From: Eledone cirrhosa
Taxonomy: Eukaryota
Assembly (NCBI GenBank): GCA_964016885.1
Contig: OZ024741.1
Location: 137,950,001 to 138,014,000 of the forward strand
Direction: 5' to 3'
DNA: 64,000 bases
The notes below the pieces were generated by a model. It was given only the letters and a program-made list of their open reading frames with translations, had not been told where the DNA came from and did not search any database. Below are positions 39,167-52,008 of the stretch, piece by piece. The first letter of the stretch is position 1, and each line of letters begins with the position of its first letter. A program made the position numbers and the translations under genes.

Positions 39167-40348
39167 CAGGAGAACATGATATGAAGGCTAAAAAACACTT
39201 GTGGATAGTGCAGTTTTAAATCAACATATGAAAAGTGGTCTTAGATTGATGTGTGATATTGGGAAAAATATTTTATTTAGCGAGGGGGGGGAAGGATGAA
39301 AAGGGGGAGGAGATGAGAGGGAGAGATGGGTGATAGAGGAAAACATATTTTATTTAGGGAGGGGGGGGTGAAAAAAGGGGGAGGAGATGAGAGTGAAGGT
39401 GGAGAGGGAGAGATGGGTGATAGAGAGAAAGAGATAGTTTTGATAACTGAGAAAAGATATATTGTTTTACATAGAGAGGTTGAGAACCGTTGGAAGATAA
39501 TGTATAAATTAAAAGAATTTGAAAATTAACGAAGGGAAAAATATTTACGAGGAAAGAGAGGGAGTTTATGTATGAAGATAGAGAGAAAAAATAATAATTG
39601 TGGATGAATATTCTAACGTCAAAAAGGTGTATGTTGATAAGTATTGTGGCAATTTCAAAATTAACGAAGAGAAAAAATTATTAAGGTTTGTGTGTAGAAT
39701 GATTTGAGAAAAATAATGTGAAGTTAAAGTTTGTATATTGAAGGAATTGATAATATGTGCGAAGAAAGAGTTAATATGTATTAAGAATGAGTTCGCTGAT
39801 GGGGAGAAAAAAATAATAAATTAAGGATGAAATTGAGATTAAAAAGTTTTATGATAGAGAGAAAAAATAATATTAATTTATACATTATCTTCCAACGGTT
39901 CTCAACCTCTCTATGTAAAACAATATATCTTTTCTCAGTTATCAAAACTATCTCTTTCTCTCTATCACCCATCTCTCCCTCTTCACCTTCACTCTCATCT
40001 CCTCCCCCTTTTTTCATCCTTTCCCCCCCCTCCCTAAATAAAATATTTTTTCCTCGTACATATCTTTCCCTTCGTTAATTTTCAAATTCTTTTAATTTAT
40101 ACATTATCTTCCAACGGTTTTCAACCACTCTATGTAAAACAATATATCTTCTCTCAGTTATAAAAACTATCTCTTTTTCTCTATCACCCATCTCTCCCTC
40201 TCATCTCCTCCCCTTTTTCATCCTCCCCCCCTCTCTAAATAAAATATTTTTCCCAATATCACACATCAATCTAAAACCACTTTTCATATGTTGATTTAAA
40301 ACTGCACTATCCACAAGTGTTTTTTAGCCTTCATATCATGTTCTCCTG

Positions 40349-40415
40349 TTTTATCTGATGAAAACACAAATATTATTGCATGATGATGTTTGTTTTTGAA
40401 ATGCGCATAATAAAA
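40349..40415 (+). ncRNA. Type I hammerhead ribozyme (stem III palindrome UGCGCA)
   Basis: UUUUAU-CUGAUGA-long stem II (ACAAAUAUUAU/AUGAUGUUUGU)-GAAA-UGCGCA-UA^-AUAAAA. Confidence 0.85.
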
Positions 40416-40447
40416 TACATGGAACTCCTTTAACCATCTTTTGATCT

Positions 40448-40490
<43 letters not shown>

Positions 40491-40769
40491 TAGAAGCGAT
40501 ATTTAAATTTTTGGAAATCAGACAAATATAAATATAAATTTGTTTAACTAATTTAGAGTACTGAACAGATTTCTGGAGTAAATATTCAATGGAAACTATA
40601 TTTATAAACACATATTTATTTTATTATATATTTCAAGGGTGCCAAAACACTTTGGTACGCCTTCTTCAGATAAAATACAAAGTGTGTTATACAAATAGAG
40701 ACATAACCAGGAAAATCATACCTTATCAGTTGGATATTCTCTGAATCCACTTTGGAAAATAGGGTTACT

Positions 40770-41530
40770 GAAACTCCCATACTTCCTTCAGATGAAACTG
40801 TCGTAGCATCCAACACCATCGGACACTTGGAAGTAATTATGGACAACAACATAGACTGGGCCACTCATATAAACAGCAAAGTCGACAATGCCACAGAATT
40901 TGTTCATGGATTCTAAGAACCTTCCAGTCGAGAGATATCCATACTGTCATCTTTCTCTTCTCCACTTTTTCCCGACCCCACTTTGAATACTGTGTCGACT
41001 GTGGTCTCTCAGCACGAAACAAAATATCATGAAAGTTGAAGCACCCCAAAGATCGATTGCAAAAAAGATAGATGGCATGACAGGCCATCTATTGGAGTCG
41101 ACTAGAAAATCTCAAACTTTATTCTCTCTAACGCCCCCGTGAGCGCTACATTATCAGCATGGTGTTGTAAAAATTCTATCAGCATTACCAAAATGATGTT
41201 GGCATCACCTTTAAAGTACACCCAACGCTTGGGCCCCGTGCTATCCGCCGACAACTAAAATCAAACTTGTATCTCATAACAACAATACGGTACAATTATT
41301 TCGCCTCAATTGGCCTCGCTCTCTTTAACATTACACCAAAACACATTAAAACAGAAACATAAAGTTGAGAAAGTCTTTGGACAAATTCCTTCAAGAAATC
41401 CCGGATAAACCTCCTACATCCGGACATGTCTCCGTAAACAACAACTCTCTAATTGAGAGGCCATGGTGTCGAAATCCTGATTTGAAAGATTTCGCCAAGT
41501 GATGCTTTTAAGTTAGACATGTCCTGGTTC
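40770..41530 (+). pseudogene. Decayed 3' end of a CR1/L2-group LINE RT
   Basis: Across frameshifts reads HLEVIMDNNIDWATHINSKV, WILRTF, RPHFEYC, EAPQR and RLENLKLYSL*RPRER, typical of the post-RT region of CR1/L2-like LINEs. Confidence 0.7.
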
Positions 41531-41729
41531 AATATTTGCCGAAAGCTATCATGCATATGGATGTGTATGCATATGTAATTTAAATACGTCTCAACACATT
41601 TGTGTGACGGAACTAGTGACTTTCGATTCCTGTAATTATTTCGGCATATAAATCAGTTACACTCGCGAACGTAGTAATTGTTTTACAGCAATTGTAACAA
41701 ACTAACATCGATTATATATGCATATTTAT

Positions 41730-41786
<57 letters not shown>

Positions 41787-42201
41787 TATCTCTCTCTCTC
41801 TCACTATATATATATATATGAACATATATATATATATATACATATATATGTATATATATATGAATATATAAATATATGTATATATATATATATATGTTGT
41901 AATAAAATGAAAACGAAATTTCATTTCTCACTCTTAGTTCGGCACTTACTTAAATGTAAGTATGTATGTATACGTACATACATATATGTATACAGACGTA
42001 CAGTAGCATGCATATATATATATTTATATATATATATATATATATATATACAGGTACACATACATATATGTACGTATCAGTTTAGCGGACGCTTATTATA
42101 ACGCCCGCTTTGTTCGTTTGTAAACAAACTGAACAGCCTGAATTTATGCCGTACGGTGTTAAGGCAACCACGTCACCTTTTTGTTCAACACTGACACAGG
42201 A

Positions 42202-42244
42202 ACGATGTACTAGTTTCAAGCTTGTTAGCTATCATCAGCACCGT
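42202..42244 (-). ncRNA. Minimal type I hammerhead ribozyme (stem III CUAG)
   Basis: ACGGUG-CUGAUGA-U-AGCU-AACA-AGCU-U-GAAA-CUAG-UA^-CAUCGU. Confidence 0.85.
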
Positions 42245-42475
42245 ATACCCTTCTGCCAGATGGTTGAACGTTCGAAAGTATATACTTTCCTTATGAAAAT
42301 TAACGGCTGAGCAGCCTAATTTGCATATCGAGTGAGTTCGGCCAGGCGTACCGAAACGATAAGTTGTAATAAAATGAAAACAAAATTTCATTTCTCACTC
42401 TTAGTACGGCACTTACTTAAATGTAAGTATGTATCTATACGTACATACATATATGTATACAGACGTAGAGTAGCA

Positions 42476-42533
<58 letters not shown>

Positions 42534-42690
42534 TACATACAGGTACACATACATATATGTACGTATCAGTTTAGCGGACGCTTATTATAACGCCCGCTTT
42601 GTTCGTTTGTAAACAAACTGAACAGCCTGAATTTATGCCGTACGGTGTTAAGGCAACCACGTCACCTTTTTGTTCAACACTGACACAGGA

Positions 42691-42733
42691 ACTATGTACT
42701 AGTTTCAAGCTTGTTAGCTATCATCAGCACCGT
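42691..42733 (-). ncRNA. Minimal type I hammerhead ribozyme, second tandem copy
   Basis: Same core as 42202-42244, with one mismatch in stem I (CAUAGU). Confidence 0.78.
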
Positions 42734-42875
42734 ATACCCTTCTGCCAGATGGTTGAACGTTCGAAAGTATATACTTTCCATATGAAAATTAACGGCTGAG
42801 CAGCCTAAGGAAAGTATATACTTTCGAATAAATCAAGAAAAATAAATACAAACCATAATGGTGGTAATAACCGAA

Positions 42876-42956
42876 CACCCGGACAGTTTTGATAAAACTG
42901 ATTAGCAATATTATTTGTGAAAAGGATTACCAAAGTCCTAAGTTCATCAGCGGGTG
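42876..42956 (-). ncRNA. Hammerhead ribozyme with mutated core
   Basis: CACCCG-CUGAUGA..UAAU (in place of GAAA)-CAGUUUU AUC AAAACUG-UC^-CGGGUG. Confidence 0.6.
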
Positions 42957-43154
42957 AGGAAATTAGTAACCTTATCACTTCTAAATCTAATTAGAAACTG
43001 GATAATGTGTGTATATGTTACGTACATGGTTCCCGAACTTAGCGTGTCTTGCAGACTCTCGCCACTAAAAATAGCAGCCGAGTTTACTCGACAATTGAAT
43101 TAGATCGACGAATTAACGGAGCCGAATATATCAAGACATGTATTGAGTTAAAAA

Positions 43155-43232
43155 CGCTGATGAGCTTAGGACTTTGGTAATCCTTTTCACAAATAATATT
43201 GCGAAACAGATTTTATCAAAACTGTCCGGGTG
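43155..43232 (+). ncRNA. Hammerhead ribozyme with intact core and truncated stem I
   Basis: CG-CUGAUGA-GC..GC-GAAA-CAG(A)UUUUAUCAAAACUG-UC^-CGGGUG. Inverted partner of 42876-42956. Confidence 0.65.
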
Positions 43233-43472
43233 TCCGGTTGTTACCACAATTATGGTTTCTATTAATTTTCTTGATTTATTCTTAAATTGAGTATAACAAA
43301 CCATATTGTCTGTAGTTAGTATTTTTTTCACATTAGCGGTTCTGGTCCATTACGATTTGAACACATATATGTATATGTCTGTGTTCGTTTTTCGTTTTTG
43401 TTCAGTTATAATATACGGCTCGGGAAGAGACTATTTTGAGTTTCTAACTCAATACATGACTATATATATTTA

Positions 43473-43537
<65 letters not shown>

Positions 43538-46500
43538 ATATATGCCTAGGTTGCTGTATTCCCCATCACCCAATCAATCATACATAAATATATTATGTAT
43601 GGTAAGATCTTTCCTAACGTTTAGATTTTGATTGTGATGCAATGGAAATCTTATCAATTTTCTCAAACGTGGTACCACCTATTCTATAAGTGAGATATTC
43701 TCTGATTCAATGTCATGTTGGTGCTAATGAGATCCAGTCTAATCTCCTAGCTATCTAGAAACTACAGAAAACTGATCATTTATATTGTGTATTGCCAGCA
43801 ATCAACAGAATTATTTTTCTATACTTCGTTAAGATTATGCACATTTCGCATGGAAATTTTCAACATATAGATTTTTCGAAAACTAATCCAACTTCCCTCA
43901 CTTCCTTCTCATCATGAACCTGAGGGTGGCATTGCTCCATTTTTGATTTGTTAAGGGTTCCGCTGTGAGATATTTTAACCTCTGGATATTTTAACATGAC
44001 AGATTTCATCTTTCTCCAGATTGGAATACTTTAAATTACTGCCAAAGAAAAAAAAAAAAACAATATATACCTCTAAGAGACTGATAAGAGTTAAGGAATT
44101 GAATTTGTAATCGAGAGTCTGTTAGTTCGATTACCGGACCGGGTGATGTTTTATGTCCTTGAACATGTAACTTCATTTAACGGTGCTCCTTCTGCAAAGT
44201 GTTGACACCGGTAAATAGTATTGGCAAGATAAAAACCAATAGAAAAATTGTTTCTTTGGTACGACTTGGGGAGTATCACCCCATTCTATACGGGAAGAAG
44301 GTCTGGGATCTTGTCAATCGCTTCCTTTTGAGTTACAGCTTATTTATATAGCCTGAAAAAATGGTGTGACTTCAAAGCACAGAGGGTTGGGATTATCATG
44401 AGGCATTTAATCCAACGCACTAATTATTTGCCAATTCGCAGCATATAAGACTTTTATATATTGATGCATCACTATGTATTTCGTATTGCCGTGGGGCAGA
44501 AAGTATTAACTTATTTCACTTTTCAGATTAATCTACACAAATAATGTTAATTCATTTACGAATATATGCATGCAAGTCATTTCTGACCAATTAGCTGGTT
44601 TATGCAATATTATGTTACGGGGGGCGTTTAAAATGTGTCATCGGATAAATAATAAATTCCTGGTGAATACAGGCTACGGCAAATTTTGTATTTGTTTTAA
44701 AATTAACAAAACACCTCTCCTTATGCTGTCAGTTATATATTGCCATAAAATCTTCAACTCTATTCCGACGACGAATGCTCCTATTTTTCTATCAAATATA
44801 CTGCCGGGAATTTAATTTACAATTGGATGAGAATTCCAAAAACGTGTATCTTTCATGTAATTCTCAATTAGCTTCAATTAACACATTTGACAACAAGGCT
44901 ATCTTTATGAATTACAGGTACAACACGCATTCTTCTATCATAGTGGAATGGGGCATCTCGATATAAAGATGTCATACTAAAAGACCTAACTTGCCGCCAT
45001 GTCCGGGAATCTACCACAGAGTGTTATGGGATTTAGCTGAATACTTTAATCTCTAAGCCATGTATCTTCACACAACACCTACCGCATGATGCATATCAAA
45101 AACATTATTCAGTTAATGCTATAGAAGCACCATAGATGAAATTGTCAATATCTCAATGGACCGAATCAGGTTAGATTTCTGTTTGAAGCCAATTCAATTT
45201 ACATCCATAGTGTGAATAGCATTTTATTTAACACATTTTTTGTCATTTTTTAATAAACCAATTCTGCGTTTTATAGTGTTAGCTCAGAGTAGACATTGAC
45301 AATATCAGAATTATTTTCTGATTGAAACGATTTGTCGTTAGTGGTACGATGTTTTTCAACCCGAAATATACCGATAGATATCATGTAAACTTCATAATGC
45401 AAGAGTAAAGTGGATATTAACATATAGTGAAGTACAATTTACCTAAGTACATAGGATGTTGAAGAAATGGCTTTCGTAATTTATCATCCATCCCAAAATA
45501 TCTTTTTATCAAATTGACTTTTGTCATGTCCCTCTCCAGTAACACCGAAAACCATTCCTACACAGCGTTTTTCAGTCTAGATATTTCTTAATTAGTACTT
45601 TTTTCCATTTGACATTTACATCGACCGGCTCATATCATATAAACAAGAATATTCCTCCCAAATGTTCATTCTCTGCTCCAACTTTATCATCATTCCACAG
45701 GCAATGCCACCACTAAAGGTGAAACAACAATATCGTAAAATCTTTCCAAATCATAGGAAATATGACTTGCAATTACGTATAACATGTCAAGGGAAAATTT
45801 CGAGAAAAATAATTTATTTCATCAAATCTGCTTGAAACTAGGTTCGTCAGATTGAATACTTTTGGGATTTACAGATGTATGCTATGAGTTCTGCCGCGAT
45901 GGATTTCGCACATATCCTTTCGGGAAGGATAAAGTACCAGTTTTATACTGGTGTTGCAACTTTATATCTATGTCCCACCTCTCTCACGATCTCTTTATTC
46001 CTCTACAATTAAACCAGGTTTGTTCCAGCCTGGAGAAGGATGTGTTCCGCTACGGTTAATACTGCGCTGCTATGACCCTGTTATGGGTTAAGGGCTCACG
46101 TCAGGTACCTTACCATTGACCTTCTCTTATGGATCACGTACCAGTGGTATTTGGCTACGAAGAAATACTATTGCAACCGATGACAATAATGCTTTCGACA
46201 ATACCTTGTGAGGCATTGTTCTCTCGCACATCTTGTATTATCCATAAATGCACTTAATCACTTTGGAATCAGTCTTTTATCTATTTCATTTGATTTAAGG
46301 TTTAATACCATATACACGATTATAACTAGATATAGTTTTTGGTTAAATAGAAAAATTGGGAAGCGTTGTATACCGTTGAATAAGAAATGATGTCACTTGA
46401 AAGAGAAATACATTAGTTACGATAGGTAATTTTACTTCCATAAATTCCGATATCTGTGCATAATATATGAAATAATAGATGAAAAAAAATTTACTTATAT

Positions 46501-47214
46501 TTGAATATTTATATCGACTATGAAGTTTAATTGCATTACTAGTTTTACTAGTCTATAATAAATTATATTCAATTGGTCAGATTATAGTGAACAATGAGTT
46601 ATGATTAAACTGTTCAGAATTTGTGCTAACTATATCATGAACTATTTATCATCTGGTGTATTATTCTCTCACATCTTTCGGTACAATACAACAAATTGAA
46701 CTGAAGGCACCTTTATACTTAGAGCCGCAAATTTAGGCTGTTTTCAAGCCACATTCTTGTCTGTGAATTGAGAGTACAGATAATTTACATTAGAGTTATT
46801 TATAACAATGACATTCTGAGATGAGGTGAATTCTCTGAGTTCATTTCTTCAGAGTAGAGTACTGTACACTTATAGGAACCAAATTATTATCGATTTAACA
46901 TAGAATAATAAAATATCTAAGTTACGAACAACCCGAATTTCAAGAGTTAGTTTTCACGATGATGCACACGATAACGTACGCAGTAAACTTTTAATTTATT
47001 GGAAATTGCTCTCCGGGTTAGAGAAGCAAAATATATCCTTAGCAGTAATGTTTCCAAATAAATATTGAAGTTCTCTAGTTCATTAAGTAAACGTCATTGG
47101 TACAATTATTCCCACTATGAAATCTATTTAATTTCAGTAAACAATATTCTCTTCTACGGATTTATATATACTATCATTATCGAGTCCTCTTTGGATTTTG
47201 GTCTTGGCATTTTA

Positions 47215-47339
<125 letters not shown>

Positions 47340-47961
47340 GTATATATATATATTTATATATATACATATGTATATATATATATATATATTTACATATGAC
47401 AATCAAACTTGTACAATCAGGTGTGTATGTCTGTGTCTTCCAAGTTAACGTGATTATAGGGGGGGGATTGACAGCGGCGTTTGCAGCTTTCGATTGTAGA
47501 CAGAAAGTGACATCGTGGGAGAATGAAGTAGAAATGAATGTGATATATTAAAAGATTATGAAATAGTGAAAGAATACAATTACGATAATACAGACTGTAA
47601 ATGGGATACTATCACATCTATCTCAACAGCTGTGCTCTGGTATTAAAAGTAAACTTTCGATTGTTTTGTTATAAATTATTGAATAACGGATATTTCTTTC
47701 AATATATAGCTGTCTATTGTCTCTATATTTTATCATACATATGTCATCACACCAACAATCCTGTGTTTTCACAGTCACACATATCTTCCTCTCTTTCTCT
47801 CCCTCTCTCCACACACACACACATACACATACACACACAGACATATATATATATACACACAATCGATTTTTCCTGAGCAGGTTAGAAATAGGAAATACGA
47901 TAGAAACATAAAGAATCGATAACAGTACTGGACTGGTACTTTACTAATCGACCTCAAAAAT

Positions 47962-48146
47962 ATTTGTTTCTACTTTTGGCTCAAGGCCAGCAAAAAATCC
48001 CCAGTGCATTACTGGTACTTTATTTTATCGACCCCGTAAGAATGAAAGGCAAATTTAACCTCGGCGGGATTTGAACTCAGAATGGCAAGGGCCGTAACTC
48101 TTTTCTGCAATGCATGGCGTCCGACCCTCTACCGATACTGCCAATC
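47962..48146 (-). mobile_element. SINE family 1
   Basis: Reverse complement of head, core and tail. Confidence 0.87.
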
Positions 48147-48705
48147 GACCTCAAAAATATTAAAAGCAATGTTGTACTCAACGTCAGTTGAACTCATAGT
48201 GCACAGAACAGGAACACATACCACGAAAAATGCTATCGACCTTCTTACGTATTTGATGGCTGGTTATATATATATATATATATTTGCAACAATTTCCAGT
48301 AATGGTTTTGTATAACATCCGCACAAATTACAATACTGGGAGTAATATATGCAAGACAAGAACCTTGTTTTATAATTTGATATAGATAATATGTTTTACT
48401 TTTAAACAAAATTGGCGAAACTTGTTTGGTCGGTTATAAATTTACAAATTAATACTCTTATGGATGTAAATATAAAGTTACTCTAAATTACAGTGTTCCT
48501 ATATATTTGGCCACAACAAATCAATTGACATCTAATAGAATCTGAGCTAATTTTAAAACGTTAAACACACTTCATGTTAAAGAAACAATATTTTCTTTTT
48601 TTGCATTTTCACATTCTGAACGAAGCCAAATTACATTAACTATAGAGGCTAATACCAATTTATTACCAAAGGGAATACTTTTCAGTAAATTTAGAAATTC
48701 GATAA

Positions 48706-48801
<96 letters not shown>

Positions 48802-48818
48802 GCTTCTATATATATATA

Positions 48819-48896
<78 letters not shown>

Positions 48897-51144
48897 CACA
48901 TATATATATATTATATGTTATTGAATATTTGGGTAAAATCTGTAATTCAATCATATTTTGATGCTGTGTATGTTAGATTTACTGTTTTTATTTTATTATT
49001 TTATTTTCGCGAGATTACCTATAATTGACTTTCTGCTCTCTATCTTAAGTTGTGGGTTATTTAATGGTTTCTGCTTTAATGACCTCTAAAAGCTTCTGAG
49101 TTGGTGAATTCAAAACGTCATTAATATATTGTCTGGAATGTTTTACGGTATTCTTTCCACGACTTGGCGCTTTGATTTCAAATCCAGCCAAGGTAAAATA
49201 TGCCTTTCCTCCTGTTGAGGTCGTGGAATAACACGCCAATCCAGTACTCGGGTCGAATCTTCCTTTGTGTCTTTTTCTCAATTTTTATCTCAATTTTTCG
49301 TTTTCTCTTGCCCTATCTCGAAACAATGCCTGCGCCCAGAATATGAAGAAATAGCCCACTAGTTTAAATTTTACGACGAATGTGACGACGTTGTCCCGAT
49401 TTAGAAGATAAATAAACCCTTACCATCCAGTAATTCAGTTATCCTTCTAATTTCTTTCTGAAAACATTGTTACCCATCAATTTCGTATACCTCTATAGTA
49501 CAGAATGTTTATGCTTAGTCAAAATCAGAGCAACATTGCAGGAACCAGCGTGAAGCAAATGGAAGTGTCGATAACAAAATCACATAATGAGCAGTTTTGA
49601 ATTATCTGCCGTCTCTAAGGCTGCACAATTTTAATGCATGACCATATCGTGTTTCTTTTTTGTTTTTACAGGATATCGTTATTGAAGGAAGTTTGGAGTA
49701 CTTCAATATGTAATCTTCTGCCGTGATTATCGAAGATATTAGAGATGCGTAAACTCTCTTTCGTTCTCAAACAATGGACGCATCAGATTCTTAGTGCTAT
49801 ATTGGTGTAAGATGTTCTGGGCAAGAATTATTTTTCATATCTCAGATTAACTCATGGAATGTGAGTGAAATATTGCATACGGAGACAGTAAGACATACAG
49901 TCTGTATCTGTAATTCAAATGCCCAGCCTTGTCACACTATGTATCACTGAGTTTACCTGTGAATTACGTTAAAGTTACAGTTGTCCGTAGCTTAGCCAGT
50001 CATATGCATGTAAATGTCATGAGCATGCTTGTCTGCTCATCGTATAACTAGATTTCTCAACTTTCAAACTGACGGAGGCCCCTTCCCCATTCCGACGGTT
50101 TCAAGTGCTAGAACGCGTGTAATCATTTGATCTGTACATACTTTTCTTACGTCAGTGATTTCTTATTCTCTTTCATTATATTTTACCCTCTTTTCATTCT
50201 CCCTCTCTAAATTCTAACTCTTTGCATTCATTTACTCGTCTCTCTCACCCTCTTTCTCTAACCTCTCACTCTCTCGCGAACAATACGATTAATGAAAAGC
50301 TAACATAACTTGTCAAATTTCACTAATAATTTAACTCACCATCAAATCGAACTCTTCGGCTAAGAAAGATGAGCTATGGGCTACGATCTAGGAACTACGT
50401 GCCTAGGGCACGTTTACACATCATTAATTCATAATAGATTCAATTGGCAAGATAAATCAATATTCTGAACAGAGCACAAGTGATCTAGATTTAGTAGTAG
50501 CTTGATTCAAATAGACTTGGACAGATAAATAGATAATTGCCGGTATGGCTTTCATTTTAATCTCTATAAGCTGACATTTTCCGCTCGCTCGCTCACACAT
50601 GTATATATTTGCACTGCAACGTATTTGTGCATTGGAGACGTAAATGTGTACAAGATTTATAAATATACAGAGAAATATTTGTGGATAATTTCCTCAACCA
50701 TTAATTTTCGGTCCTCATTAGTCATGAAATTATTAATTACTTGTGTTTAGATATTCTAAAGTGTTCAATCCAGTCAGTTGGAATTCTGAATTACCAATCT
50801 TTGCAGAGACACTGATTGTAGAATGTAGAAGATAATTAGAAAAATCTCAAACGTATTAAATGCAAGTGGCATTTATCCAAGGAGGAGGATACCAATGGTT
50901 ACATGTTGCGTGATTATTGAATATTTGAAAGGAGATAATCAATCGATAGAATTGGTTCTGGGAGTTCAAGCAATATGGAAGATGTAACAAGGAAACGGTA
51001 TTTTGAATGGGAAACGAATTGGAAGGCGTTCATTCTGTTAAAATAAGAGAAATAAGCCTTAGAGACTGTATTTGTAAACCATCCATTGAGATTGAAGTGA
51101 CATTTAGAATTCTGCGCGACACTTGAATGCTATTACTTGCAGCT

Positions 51145-51184
51145 GCTGGTGCTACTGCTGCTGCTATTACTACTACTGCTGATG

Positions 51185-51263
<79 letters not shown>
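51145..51263. repeat. (CTA)n/(CTG)n trinucleotide microsatellite
   Basis: Direct reading. Another (TAC)n tract at 47215-47264. Confidence 0.95.
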
Positions 51264-51804
51264 AGCGAATGGGTATCTCAGATTGTTTAGAAATGTTGTG
51301 TTGTATATAAAGGAAATTGTGACTCAGTGGTTGAGTTTAGAGAGTAAAGTGGCTAGCTGACGGTGTTCGAATATCAAAACTCCAACGTTCAACCTCATGT
51401 CGAAAGCGAAACAAAAATAAACATTTAACTTACTCTGAATAGAAATGGATTATTATTGCGTACGTGGTTTGTTATGGCCTGTTATGTTCAAATTTCAAAT
51501 CCTACACAGACCAAAGTTGCCTACTTACCTTCCGGGGTTGATAATTTGGAATACCACTCTAGTATTAGAATCGATTTAATACACATTGCAATTCCCTTAA
51601 AATTACTGGCGTTGAGCTTAATTTCAAAAATAGCCCGTATTATGTATATCAAATATATGAAGTGTGAGTATACGATAACGAGTTATGGGATGTTTTATTT
51701 ATTATATTGGTGTGTAACAATAATTAGATTAGCAGAAGGCTAAAATGAAAACAAGTTCGCAGCCTTCGAACACTGAAATGTTAACAATATCATATAGCCC
51801 CCAT

Positions 51805-52008
51805 TATCATTAGAGCATCGGACACTATGCTTCATAGAATAGCGTTACGGCCCCTTACGTTCTGAATTCACAACCACCGAGGTTAACTTTACCTTTCATC
51901 CTTAAGGGTCGATAAATAAAGCACCAGTAATGCATTGTGGTCGATTTAATCGAGTTTTCCATCACCCCAAATTGTTGGCATTTTACCTAAATCAGCAACC
52001 AATATTAT
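51805..52008 (+). mobile_element. SINE family 1, diverged
   Basis: CCGAGGTTAACTTTACCTTTCATCCTTAAGGGTCGATAAATAAAGCACCAG. Confidence 0.8.

Larger units (their letters stand above)
38971..40452. mobile_element. Large inverted repeat of a hammerhead-bearing pLTR-like family with internal ~200-bp purine-rich subrepeats
   Basis: About 39063-39545 versus the reverse complement of about 39875-40452, near identical. Third copy at 58445-59025. (TA)n flanks. Confidence 0.88.
41896..42828 (-). mobile_element. Tandem dimer of a 470-490-bp non-coding unit, each with a minimal hammerhead (retrozyme-like)
   Basis: Units start at 41896 and 42363 and are near identical apart from the internal (TA)n length. 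Ends in a short fold-back (AGGAAAGTATATACTTTCGAA). Confidence 0.85.

Noticed and set aside
45810-45852. CTGACGA..GAAA on the minus strand (similar case at 3830-3850)
   Set aside because: No stem II or stem I pairing.
49652-49715. Splice-acceptor-like TTTTTGTTTTTACAG followed by a short possible exon
   Set aside because: A single weak signal with no supporting exons or recognisable peptide. Small host exons cannot be excluded without RNA-seq.
51127-51360. Poly-Thr mucin-like ORF
   Set aside because: It is a (CTA)n microsatellite with no other coding evidence.
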